DNA from: Candidatus Woesearchaeota archaeon
GTDB lineage: Archaea; Nanobdellota; Nanobdellia; Pacearchaeales; GW2011-AR1
Assembly: GCA_964358765.1 (NCBI GenBank)
Contig: CAYHPN010000005.1
Span: forward strand, 13-64,012
Length of the DNA stretch: 64,000 nucleotides
Reading direction: 5' to 3'
Both the position numbers and the translations under genes were made by a program. Of the stretch, positions 30,537 through 39,274 are shown one piece after another; the stretch's first letter is position 1; every line of letters begins with the position of its first letter. The notes under the pieces are model-generated. The model did no database searches, had not been told where the DNA came from, and worked only from the letters and a program-made list of their open reading frames with translations.

Positions 30537-31823
30537 CTATTGTTTTAGCTTATCTTTAAATTTTTCCTTAAACCAATTATCAAGGTAAGGATAATATTTC
30601 TTTTGGATATTCTTTGGTAGTTTAAAGAAATCTCCATAAACGATTTTTCGGCATTTTTTACTTCCACATAAACATTTCATTTCCCAACTATCAATTCCAT
30701 TAACAGAGTAATCAGAAGTAATTTCTTCTCCCTTTTTTATATCTCTCAAAGCTATATCGGTTTTATTGCGAACATAAGTATTTGGGTCACAAGAATGATT
30801 AACATATCTTTCAGGTTCTCGCATTACCATATAATTACCTTTTCCATCAGGAGTTGTATGATTTCTTTCATCTTCGGGAAGGCTTTTCATTTCTTCTTCA
30901 CTAACTATTTTCTTAGGATGCCAAACATTTACAGTCTCGCCTTTCTTTATATCTTTTAGAGCAAAAACCCCTTTTCTATCAATGCCTGAGCTTTTTACTT
31001 CTATTGCTGAATCCATACTATTCTCAGTTTTAGGGGTTATATAAAATGAACTTTTCTTATCCCAACCATACCAAATTAAATAAATCGTTCTTGAAAACCC
31101 CCATAAAACTACCCCCGCTGATAAAAAGATAAAAAAGAGCTTAGTTATTCTATGAAATAAATTAGGTTCAAGATAAACTTCGCCATTTGGATAAAATATC
31201 ATTGTTTTTGCATTCTGGAGACTCCAATTTGTTAAACAAGAATGGCACATATACTCTTTTCCATTAATTATGCAGGGTTCACCAATAGATTCATTTGCAG
31301 TATCTGGAAGACATTCGCTTTTATCAACTAACCCCCCACTTTCCATTTCAGGTAGAGTAAAGGTAAAACCATAAGAAAGTTGGAAGGTTATCTTATCTAC
31401 CCCATCTGGAATATTAACACATTTCTTTCGAGTAATATTAAAAGATTCTCCATTATTAAAACTTGCAGAAAAAGTCTGATTGTTTGTAAAATTTGTTTTC
31501 TCAAAGCAGAGTTTATCTCTACCTCCCCCTAAATATATAATTTTCCAAAAGAGAGTATTAATATTTCCTGAGCTTAAATCTTCTTGAGTTAAATCAAAAA
31601 CACCCAGACCTATGTAAGTAGTATTATCAGATTCTATTTTCTGGAGATTGTCTGAAGGTATTTTTAAATCTGGAATCAAATAAAAATTGACCCATAAGGC
31701 TACGATTAAAATTGCTAAAAACCTTATAACTCTTCCTCTCTTTTGATAAAAGTCTTTAGTCATTTTAACAAAATTCTTCAAACTACCGTAAATATTTTTC
31801 ACTGAAATTGAAAGTTTATTCAT
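30537..31823 (-). CDS. membrane-anchored SET-domain protein (putative lysine methyltransferase)
   Basis: C-terminal SET motifs: GIDRKGVFALKDIKKGE, NHSCDPN, ALRDIKKGEEITSDY, and post-SET-like CLCGSKKC. Two TM helices (ILIVALWVNFYLI; LFFIFLSAGVVLWGF) flank a ~170-aa Cys-containing domain. Confidence 0.75.
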   Translation of the reverse strand: MNKLSISVKNIYGSLKNFVKMTKDFYQKRGRVIRFLAILIVALWVNFYLIPDLKIPSDNLQKIESDNTTYIGLGVFDLTQEDLSSGNINTLFWKIIYLGGGRDKLCFEKTNFTNNQTFSASFNNGESFNITRKKCVNIPDGVDKITFQLSYGFTFTLPEMESGGLVDKSECLPDTANESIGEPCIINGKEYMCHSCLTNWSLQNAKTMIFYPNGEVYLEPNLFHRITKLFFIFLSAGVVLWGFSRTIYLIWYGWDKKSSFYITPKTENSMDSAIEVKSSGIDRKGVFALKDIKKGETVNVWHPKKIVSEEEMKSLPEDERNHTTPDGKGNYMVMREPERYVNHSCDPNTYVRNKTDIALRDIKKGEEITSDYSVNGIDSWEMKCLCGSKKCRKIVYGDFFKLPKNIQKKYYPYLDNWFKEKFKDKLKQ

Positions 31824-31924
31824 AAAATAAGTAAGATTAGGATAATTTTAAGCATTTGCATACCCTCCATGCAAGTATCTCTTATTGAATAGATTATTAT
31901 TACTATTATTTCATCTGAGCGTCC

Positions 31925-32361
31925 TAATGGGTTAGGGGTGTCTGCTTTTTTGAATGTTTTCGAACTACCAAAATAATTCCCAATATCATGGGTATTGTTG
32001 GATTAATTCCTGCTGTGCATGTGTGTCTGCGTGTTAGCAGACAGGAGAGAGCCGAGAAAAAAATTCTCATCTTTGACGCTCTCCTCACCTTATCGAGGCT
32101 ATTTATAGAGGAGAACTAACAGTTTAAACCCCTTGCCCTATTCAACAAGAGACCTCTTTCTGAAAGCTGTCTGCCCCCAGTGTCTAATAAGTTGACCTCT
32201 GGAGGAAAAATAATATTTTGTCGAATGTAAATTCAGTTTTCTAAATCAAAATTGAAACAGGGTCAATGTCTGAAAATCTTCAGACAGGGAAAGTAGACAG
32301 CGATAGAGTATCCTCAAAGTGCGATACAAATCTTTTATACAAGAGGGACTAAAAGAATGGA
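31925..32361 (+). promoter_or_regulatory. conserved non-coding region with TGTCT(G/A) iterons, a hairpin and a TATA-like box
   Basis: Block-wise conserved with 39275-39731. Forward TGTCT(G/A) at 31939, 32024, 32168, 32181 and 32267. Reverse AGACA at 32037-32044, 32281-32287 and 32294-32300. Hairpin GTCTGC(32025)/GCAGAC(32037). ctatttatagagg with tttata at 32102-32107. Confidence 0.6.
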
Positions 32362-32853
32362 ATGGTAAAGACTTATGGAGCAGTAGATAGAAGACATAGA
32401 AAGAGAAGAAGTGATGCTGGAAGAAAGAGAAGAAGTTATAGGGGCAAACCTGTTAAAAAGAAAAGAGATATTCTCTGGCAAAAAAGAATCGGAGATAAAC
32501 AAACATTAAAACTATGGGTCTGGGAAAAGGGAACAATGTCTCGGGATGGAAGAAGTAAATGGAATAGAAGAATCAGACCTTTCATCAAACCAATAGTCTA
32601 CAGATTCAGAATGAGAATTGATGCTGATATTTCTTACCTAACTACTAAAGAAAAGATTGAACAATTCCTTTTAGATATAATTGAATATGATGGCGAGTTT
32701 CTTCTTATGGGTTTCAGCAATGCAAAAAATAGGTTTCATACTAAGCCAGTAAAAATTTGTAGAGTTGTTATATTCAATTCGAGAGAAGGACTTAGAGCCA
32801 GAATGATTCAAGATTACAGACTATGGAGATACTGGTTTTACAAAGGAGATTAA
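32362..32853 (+). CDS. conserved basic protein coupled to the serine recombinase (unknown function)
   Basis: Homologous to 39741-40226 (shared LKLWVW(E/Q)K(G/E)TMS, GRSKWNR, RPFIK, RMRIDA, SYLTTK, MGFSNA, KPVKICR, MIQDYRLWRYWFY). It ends 1 nt before the recombinase start. Confidence 0.7.
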   Translation: MVKTYGAVDRRHRKRRSDAGRKRRSYRGKPVKKKRDILWQKRIGDKQTLKLWVWEKGTMSRDGRSKWNRRIRPFIKPIVYRFRMRIDADISYLTTKEKIEQFLLDIIEYDGEFLLMGFSNAKNRFHTKPVKICRVVIFNSREGLRARMIQDYRLWRYWFYKGD

Positions 32854-32854
32854 A

Positions 32855-33613
32855 ATGGAATCTAAAACAAATTCACAAAGTGCAGTAGCTTATATTAGAT
32901 TATCTTCTGATGATAGTTCTAACCCTTCACTATCCCCTCAAAACCAACAAGACATTATAAGGAATCATGCAGAAGCCAAAGGACTAAACATAATTCAAAT
33001 ATATGAAGACATAAACAAGACTGGCTCTAACATCTTCAGAAAGGGGCTTGAACAATTAATGAAAGATGCAAGAGAAGGAAAATTCAATACAGTATTTATT
33101 AAGGACTGGTCAAGGCTCTCTCGAAACATCATAGACCAAGAAACAATAATCAAAGAGCTAAACAATCTCAAAATAGAAATAATCTCTTGCGATGGTATTG
33201 AAGACAAGAAAGCAAGACAGGTGACAGGACTAACAAATGAATGGTTTATTGATGAGTGCAAAAAGAAACAGCAACAAGTTCATAAGTTAAAACTGGAAGC
33301 AAAAATCCCTTGCTCCAGAGCCCCGTATGGATACTCTATGAGTAAGAAGCTAAAGAAATTTATCGTGAATCAAGAAGAAGCTCAGGATGTAAAAAAGATA
33401 TTTGAATTAAGAAGTGAAGGAAAATCAATCAGTGAAATAGCCCGAGAGTTTAAGATGTCTCCCAGTAAAGTTTTTGGAATACTAAGGAACAAGACTTATC
33501 TTGGTTTTATAAAATACAAGTCCGAATTAATTCAAGCCCATGAACCTATAATAACTGAAGAGATGTTCAGCAGGGTGAATAATAATTCAGTTTATTCATC
33601 TGGAAAAAAATAA
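32855..33613 (+). CDS. small serine recombinase (resolvase/invertase-type)
   Basis: Catalytic N-terminus AVAYIRLSSDDSSNPSLSPQNQ. HTH GKSISEIAREFKMSPSKVFGILRN. Long identical stretches with 40219-40962 (QIYEDINKTGSNIFRKGLEQLMKDA). Confidence 0.82.
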   Translation: MESKTNSQSAVAYIRLSSDDSSNPSLSPQNQQDIIRNHAEAKGLNIIQIYEDINKTGSNIFRKGLEQLMKDAREGKFNTVFIKDWSRLSRNIIDQETIIKELNNLKIEIISCDGIEDKKARQVTGLTNEWFIDECKKKQQQVHKLKLEAKIPCSRAPYGYSMSKKLKKFIVNQEEAQDVKKIFELRSEGKSISEIAREFKMSPSKVFGILRNKTYLGFIKYKSELIQAHEPIITEEMFSRVNNNSVYSSGKK

Positions 33614-33993
33614 ACTAATAATGCTCCTCCAACAAGAAGGAATGCCCCAAAGGTATCTACGCCTAATATAATTAATAGAAAGGATAAGAATCCACACACA
33701 GCGATTATTCTTGGCATCCATCCCTTATTGTATATAACTATAATCTCTGCAACCAGCGATGCTAATCCGATTAAACTTAACAAAATAATAGAAAGAGTTA
33801 TCCATCCCGTTGATATGTTTGCACTTTGAAATATTGGCTTGAACGCTTCTAAAATCATAGAGTAAATCCCTTCTTGACTAATATCTACTTGATGTTTGAG
33901 AGAGATTCCAAGAAACAAACCGTTCAAAAGTCCCCATCCAAAATATTTCCAACTGGGTAAATCTCTCAAATCAAATTCTCCTTGTCTTGCCAT
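33592..33993 (-). CDS. hypothetical membrane protein
   Basis: ORF track (133 aa) with four hydrophobic helices. Confidence 0.5.
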   Translation of the reverse strand: MARQGEFDLRDLPSWKYFGWGLLNGLFLGISLKHQVDISQEGIYSMILEAFKPIFQSANISTGWITLSIILLSLIGLASLVAEIIVIYNKGWMPRIIAVCGFLSFLLIILGVDTFGAFLLVGGALLVYFFPDE

Positions 33994-34056
33994 AAAAAAT
34001 CAATAATCTGCCTTCTTATAAAGTTGTTGGATATTGCCATCTATTTTTTATATTGA

Positions 34057-34512
34057 TTACCTTCTCAAAAAATTATTTATCAAGTCGGCTTTGGCTTGTC
34101 TTTTTGTTTCTAAATATGTTTGTGCCTCAGCTTCAAGTGTAAAACAAGGAATCTCAATTCCAGCTAAGTTTATTTTAATTAACTGGTTAGCTAATAATTT
34201 TCTTACATATTCACCAGAATTTTTCTCTCCAAGAATTTGAACTTCAATATTATTTACAATCATCTTAATATCCCAAGCAGGTTCTTCCATAAATGGCTTC
34301 AGTTCCTTAATTTCAGAAGGATTGTAATCAGAAAAGACAGACTTCATTTTATCTAAGTCAGATAATTGAACAACTATATCCAAATCTCGGGGGGTAACAT
34401 TCATCCCCTGAATTGCCATGTTTGTGCTACCAATTAACGCCCATCTAATTTTATGTAGCCTTAGTCTTTCATTTATGATTTTTATGACTTCTTGAAATCC
34501 CTCACTTATCAT
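34057..34512 (-). CDS. nucleotidyltransferase-fold protein
   Basis: WALIGSTNMAIQGMNVTPRDLDIVV (GS...DxD). 151 aa. Confidence 0.55.
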   Translation of the reverse strand: MISEGFQEVIKIINERLRLHKIRWALIGSTNMAIQGMNVTPRDLDIVVQLSDLDKMKSVFSDYNPSEIKELKPFMEEPAWDIKMIVNNIEVQILGEKNSGEYVRKLLANQLIKINLAGIEIPCFTLEAEAQTYLETKRQAKADLINNFLRR

Positions 34513-34587
34513 AATAAAGATTTATTAAAGAAGCTATATTAATTTATCTAACAAGAGAGTAGATAGTTTGTATTTTATCTGATATAA

Positions 34588-35286
34588 TTACATCGTTTCA
34601 GGAGAATCATCAAATGATTGGTCAATACTCCAGCAAGCCACCCACTTGATATAATCTTCATCCCTTACTCCTCGAGATTTAGCTAACCTTCTTACAACTT
34701 CTTCAAATTGAAGTTCATACTTATCTTGATACAGAAGTTTATTCTCTTTTTCCCAGTCATCTAATTTTTTATCGTATTCGGATGAAAGCCATTTATTGAC
34801 AGTATCCTTATTTCTGTAAAATTTCTTTCCAAGAGCTCTTAGTCCTAATTTGGGATTTTGTCTTTTTAATTTAATACAGTCCCTTATACTAAGTTCAGAA
34901 GAAACTTTAGTATCCATTTTAAGAAGCTCCTTAACTTTCTTCTTAAAATTCGAAGGCAAGGGAATAGATGGAGTTTTACCTTCAAACTCTTCTCTTTTGA
35001 ATTTTGCTCTTATCTCATCATTTTCTTTATCTCTTTTTTGGAACTCGTTTTCAAATTGAATAAACAGTTTTCTTTCTTCTTCACAGTTAATGCCTTGTTT
35101 TTCCTTTTCTTCAATAATTCTCTGGGCATGAGAAAGAATAGGTTCATAGTCTCCTAACCAATAATAGACTTTCCTAAAACAACCAAGTGCATATTCCAAC
35201 TCTTCTTTCACCTCAAGCATTCTTAACAATCTCCTGTTGTTTAGTATTGATACCCTTAGAGTTTGATTCTCTATTTCTAAATTCAT
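34588..35286 (-). CDS. HTH-containing element protein
   Basis: The ...LRALGKKFYRNKDTVNKWLS segment resembles RRLARRFGVSKDTVSKWIK of 48082-48648. The start is uncertain (35286 or Met23 at 35220). Confidence 0.5.
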   Translation of the reverse strand: MNLEIENQTLRVSILNNRRLLRMLEVKEELEYALGCFRKVYYWLGDYEPILSHAQRIIEEKEKQGINCEEERKLFIQFENEFQKRDKENDEIRAKFKREEFEGKTPSIPLPSNFKKKVKELLKMDTKVSSELSIRDCIKLKRQNPKLGLRALGKKFYRNKDTVNKWLSSEYDKKLDDWEKENKLLYQDKYELQFEEVVRRLAKSRGVRDEDYIKWVACWSIDQSFDDSPETM

Positions 35287-35560
35287 TATTCGCAGAGCCT
35301 ATTTGTCTAAGAATATGTTTACAAAAATAAAAATTAGATTGAATCATCTGAATAAGAAATCTTCTATGATATTTTTCGTAAAATAATTTCATCTCTATTG
35401 CTTGATTAATAAATTTTGAGCGTGCCTTTCCCCGACCCAATGATTTAAGATAACCTAAGGTCTCACTCTCAAGGTCGCACCTAAAACTCAAGGTAGGCAT
35501 TCTTCTCAAACGATTAGGAGCTTCTCTCTTTCTTCTGTAGTTATAAGTATCTCTAAACAT
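35213..35560 (-). CDS. ribbon-helix-helix (CopG-like) protein
   Basis: MPTLSFRCDLESETLGYLKSLGRGKARSKFINQAIE fits a beta-strand plus two helices, the RHH pattern. The start may be Met21. Confidence 0.5.
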   Translation of the reverse strand: MFRDTYNYRRKREAPNRLRRMPTLSFRCDLESETLGYLKSLGRGKARSKFINQAIEMKLFYEKYHRRFLIQMIQSNFYFCKHILRQIGSANNEFRNRESNSKGINTKQQEIVKNA

Positions 35561-35842
35561 GTATTACGCACTCCATCTCTCAGCAGAGAGCTTTTGATTA
35601 AATTGACTTTTTTGTAGCAAAGTAGGTGAAGTTATGTTCATTTTATGTTCATTTATTGTTGTTCTCTGAATTAGGATTGAATTTTCTATCTCAACCCAAA
35701 AAAAGAGAAAAATTACAAGTTAATGCCTCCTTGCGTAATAAGAGAAATCATTTCAATCCTAAACCCACAAGTCAAGCTGTTAACCTGTATGCAGGGAAGT
35801 TCGGAAACCCCTTCTTTCTTACATTTAATTAAATTTGAAAAA

Positions 35843-36082
35843 TTACTTATGTTTTCCTTTTTCATTTTTATTAACCCCATCTAATTTTTCCAGAATCAAA
35901 TTTAGTTTATGATGAATATCATTCTTGAAGAAACAATCACGCATAAAAGAAGACAGAGTAGTATATCCATACATCTCTGCAAGGGTTTCAAGTCTCTTTC
36001 TTTGACTCTTAGTAAGCCTGCACCTTACCTCACTAAGTTCTTTTTCATTCTTAGGGAATTGAAGCTCATTGCTTTCCATCAT
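35843..36082 (-). CDS. ribbon-helix-helix protein
   Basis: The track ORF extends to 36160. I prefer the Met at 36082 (MMESNELQ...). RHH core VRCRLTKSQRKRLETLAEMYGYTTLSSFMRDCFF. Counterpart of 51699-51953. Confidence 0.5.
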   Translation of the reverse strand: MMESNELQFPKNEKELSEVRCRLTKSQRKRLETLAEMYGYTTLSSFMRDCFFKNDIHHKLNLILEKLDGVNKNEKGKHK

Positions 36083-36236
36083 CTTGAACAGCCTCCAGAA
36101 TGCTCTTAGCTCTCTCACAACAAGCGATTCTAACAAAGTTAGCAATACTTCTCTTCTCAATCTTACAAGCCTCCATTACCTCGTCAAAAAGGCTTTTTTC
36201 ACAGTCTGCTGAGAGTTTGTTGTATTTCTTTATCAT
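36066..36236 (-). CDS. ribbon-helix-helix protein (56 aa, below the track cutoff)
   Basis: Own reading: MIKKYNKLSADCEKSLFDEVMEACKIEKRSIANFVRIACCERAKSILEAVQDDGKQ. Homologous to 51950-52099 (KLSADCEE.LF..V.EAC.I..R..ANF(I/V)R(L/I)AC.ERA). Confidence 0.55.
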   Translation of the reverse strand: MIKKYNKLSADCEKSLFDEVMEACKIEKRSIANFVRIACCERAKSILEAVQDDGKQ

Positions 36237-36328
36237 TTTCTCTAATATATTAGAATAAATAATAAAACCTATTTAAACCTTCCTATTTACTCTATTTTAT
36301 TAGATTAAATAGTCTAATTTATTCTAAA
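36237..36328. promoter_or_regulatory. divergent promoter/operator region
   Basis: Perfect 11-bp inverted repeat TTAGAATAAAT (36250-36260) / ATTTATTCTAA (36317-36327) between the divergent RHH and wHTH genes. Confidence 0.5.
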
Positions 36329-36946
36329 ATGATAGAACAAATAAATAAATTTATAAAGGGGTTTGTTCTATTAAATAGAATGGCAGGTAGAAAAAAAGAA
36401 AAGCTCGTTTATAGCTATATTGCTGGAGATAAAAATAGAAAGAGAATAATAGAGTTATGCAAAACTCCTAAGAGTTTCACAGAACTAAAACAAATTCTAA
36501 AGCTCTCAACTGGTTCTATTGCCCATCATTTAGAGATATTAGAGAAAGCTAAAGTAATTGAAAAGACCGAAATTAGAGAAGGCGAAGGATGGAAAAGAGG
36601 AAAACAAGTATCTCTCTTGACTAATTTTTCAGTTCTTGAACGATTAAAGATAGAAGAAGATAATTATTGGAGGGCTCAAGGCATTCTACCTGATGAAGGC
36701 ATACCTCCAATAGAGAGAAAAATATTGTCGGATGTCTTTAAAATCATTGAAAAAATAAAGAGAGAGAAGAAAAGACCTGCTGAATTTTGGGAGATTAGAA
36801 AAGTGCTTGATGATAAAAAGTATAAGATGGATGATTTAGAGTTAACATCATTTCTTCAAAGCACGATTCTAAATAATGTTGAGCTATTTAGATTTGATAT
36901 TAGTAAAGAAGGTATAGAAAAATTAGAAGAGTTAAAAACCGAATAA
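36329..36946 (+). CDS. winged-HTH (ArsR/TrmB-like) regulator
   Basis: KTPKSFTELKQILKLSTGSIAHHLEILEKAKVIEK. Positional counterpart of 52207-52719. Confidence 0.6.
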   Translation: MIEQINKFIKGFVLLNRMAGRKKEKLVYSYIAGDKNRKRIIELCKTPKSFTELKQILKLSTGSIAHHLEILEKAKVIEKTEIREGEGWKRGKQVSLLTNFSVLERLKIEEDNYWRAQGILPDEGIPPIERKILSDVFKIIEKIKREKKRPAEFWEIRKVLDDKKYKMDDLELTSFLQSTILNNVELFRFDISKEGIEKLEELKTE

Positions 36947-37221
36947 TAATTCAAAAACCATACTTAAAATCCACAAAAAGCAACCCAAAGTATCAAAACA
37001 TCATAAAAAACATGTAAAATAGTTCGGGAATGCAAATAAGATTAAGAGCTTTCCGACGGATGATGTGAACTATTGGAACAAAAAGGAAAATAGCCTATTG
37101 GGCAACCAAAATTAGCAATGGAAAACCAAAAAATCAGCAAAGTTTATATAGAAGCACCACTTTACAATATTAGAAAAATAGAGTTAGTTTATCGTCGGAA
37201 AAACTGACATGGGAGCAGACA

Positions 37222-37287
37222 ATGATTATTGAATTAATCGTTGCTTTATTGCTCGGGGTCACTATAGGCTGTTTCACAGGCTTGTAA
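37222..37287 (+). other. element-1-borne copy of the first 21 codons of the target gene (replacement N-terminus) ending in the middle att core
   Basis: Own reading: MIIELIVALLLGVTIGCFTGL*. TATA-like tttatata at 37143-37150. Core TTCACAGGCTT at 37273-37283. Confidence 0.6.
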
Positions 37288-37377
37288 AACCAGAAAACAC
37301 GGGATTATACTTCTTCTGACAAAAAACATTACCAAATCATGACCCAAAATAAATAGTAGCATGTATTTAAGGAGGTA

Positions 37378-37878
37378 ATGGAAATGTCATACGATAGAAT
37401 AGGAAACACTCGGATAAGAGAAAGATGCGTTAGAGATGGTAAGATAGTTGGACGAAAAAGAAGTATCTTTGACAAGGTAAATGAGATTAAAAGTGATATT
37501 AAAGCATCTATACCCGAAATTAACGATGATAAGCTCATACCTCTACTGAGCAAGATAAGGACTTATTACTGCAATAAAAAGAAAGGCGTGCCACTGGGTA
37601 GAAGGGGGCAAAAAGGATTTAGAAGCCTAACTCAAGTTGAAACTCTGGTCTTTGATTATATGTTGAAGAATAACCTCAATCCCAGCACAACCTATAGATG
37701 GTTTATTGCTACACGATTACCTCAGGACATAAGAGAGAAGCTGGCAAAGGGGCAGATAGGGCAAAGAAAGGCAATGGAAATCTCAGCAAACAGGAGACGC
37801 ACTAAAAACAGCGTCAATGGTTTAATCATGATGGAAGAAATAAGAAACATAATCCAGAAGCTGGATTGGAGCGGATAA
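37378..37878 (+). CDS. conserved element protein (homologue of 26261-26746)
   Basis: See 26261-26746. Strong AAGGAGG upstream (37368-37374). Confidence 0.7.
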   Translation: MEMSYDRIGNTRIRERCVRDGKIVGRKRSIFDKVNEIKSDIKASIPEINDDKLIPLLSKIRTYYCNKKKGVPLGRRGQKGFRSLTQVETLVFDYMLKNNLNPSTTYRWFIATRLPQDIREKLAKGQIGQRKAMEISANRRRTKNSVNGLIMMEEIRNIIQKLDWSG

Positions 37879-37879
37879 A

Positions 37880-38128
37880 ATGAAAAAAACAGAAATAAAC
37901 TCTCCTCGAGACATGATTACTTTTTTATGGTCAAAGAATGAAAGAGCCAATAAACAAATTCGCAAGTTAATACATCATACGGATGAAGTAAGAAAAATGG
38001 GATTCGAATTGTTTGATGAGAATACTAAAAAATATTATAGACGTCTGGTGGTTGATATGATTTGCTCAATAGAAAAGGCAAAACAGGAAATTCTTAAAAT
38101 TAAAGGGGAGCTTGATGGAGGAAAATAA
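37880..38128 (+). CDS. hypothetical small protein
   Basis: ORF track (82 aa), tightly packed between two element genes. Confidence 0.45.
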   Translation: MKKTEINSPRDMITFLWSKNERANKQIRKLIHHTDEVRKMGFELFDENTKKYYRRLVVDMICSIEKAKQEILKIKGELDGGK

Positions 38129-39236
38129 AATGGACAATATAAACACAAACAAAGATACAAACAAAATAATCGAAGAAATCAATAAGGTATTGAATAAACA
38201 AAGAATGCACTATAAAGAGATTTATGAACAATTAATCTCGGAAAAAGTTATTCCGCCTAATTCAGAAAAGGAGTTCAAAAATCTTTATGCATGGGCTTTA
38301 GAAATGGGATATATTGATAAGATGAGAATAAAAAACTGGGGCAAGAAAAGAGGAAAGCTCCCAAAGTATTTTACTAAGAAACAATTAATCCAAATATTTG
38401 ATGTTGCAGATAGACCTAAAGATGCGATTGCTTTTTTTCTTGCATTAATGTGTGGTTTGAGAATAAATGAAATCTGCACCCTAAAAATAAGGAATATTGA
38501 TTTTGAGAATCATAGACTCTTTATAGGGGACAGTAAAAATCCAAATAGGTCAAGAGATAATTATGGAAAAGATAGATATGTTGATTTTGACCCAGCAATA
38601 GAAGGAGTATTAAAGAAGTGGATTGAAATAATCGGAAACAGCAGTGAATGGTTTTTACCTTCAGATAAAAGTCCAGATATGCATTTAAGAAATAAATCTT
38701 TGCATGAAAGATTAAGATTATACCTAAAGGAAGCAGGGATTCTTCAAATAGATTATACAATGAAAGTTTCTCAAAGAGTAAGAGGAAAGAGAATCATAAA
38801 AACAGTGAACAGATACACAAGATATTTTCATTGCTTCAGACACACAATGGCTTGCATAATTTATAATAAAACTGGAGATATTTATGTTGTGAATAGATTT
38901 TTAGGACATAATCAATTAGATACGACCGCAGTTTATGCAAAAGTGATAGACACAAAGATGAAAACATCAATCGCAAGTGTATTTAATTCGCTTCATTATA
39001 ACTTTCATAATGGAGAGCATTTGCCAAATCCAAACCCCATCAAGAGCACCCTAACACAGTCATCTCCAGTAGTGGAAACTGTAGCCAACAGCCCGTTAGA
39101 TTTGTTAGGACTTCAGCTTGTTAATAATGAAATAAGTCAAGAAGAATATGTTAGAAAAAGAAAGCTTCTGGAGTCTGAAGGCTATAAACAAATCATTGAA
39201 ATAAAAGACTCAAGTGAAAATGAAAGGAAAAGATAA
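38115..39236 (+). CDS. tyrosine recombinase/integrase with N-terminal extension
   Basis: GLRINEICTLK, HCFRHTMACI, FLGHNQLDTTAVYAKV. The track start at 38112 is TTG, and the first ATG is at 38115. Confidence 0.86.
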   Translation: MEENKMDNINTNKDTNKIIEEINKVLNKQRMHYKEIYEQLISEKVIPPNSEKEFKNLYAWALEMGYIDKMRIKNWGKKRGKLPKYFTKKQLIQIFDVADRPKDAIAFFLALMCGLRINEICTLKIRNIDFENHRLFIGDSKNPNRSRDNYGKDRYVDFDPAIEGVLKKWIEIIGNSSEWFLPSDKSPDMHLRNKSLHERLRLYLKEAGILQIDYTMKVSQRVRGKRIIKTVNRYTRYFHCFRHTMACIIYNKTGDIYVVNRFLGHNQLDTTAVYAKVIDTKMKTSIASVFNSLHYNFHNGEHLPNPNPIKSTLTQSSPVVETVANSPLDLLGLQLVNNEISQEEYVRKRKLLESEGYKQIIEIKDSSENERKR

Positions 39237-39274
39237 GTAGCTCTTGATGAATATGCTTTTAATCCATCCTATTG

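Larger units (their letters stand above)
26162..37283. mobile_element. integrative element 1 (about 11.1 kb; tyrosine integrase plus serine recombinase, no replication gene seen)
   Basis: Bounded by the cores TTCACCGGCT (26162) and TTCACAGGCTT (37273). Its backbone is syntenic and homologous with element 2. Confidence 0.65.

Noticed and set aside
32362-33613. An IS607-like insertion sequence as the interpretation of the basic protein plus serine recombinase
   Set aside because: The partner protein is only 163 aa with no TnpB/RuvC-like features. No terminal repeats delimit a separate unit. The module sits at the same backbone position in both elements.
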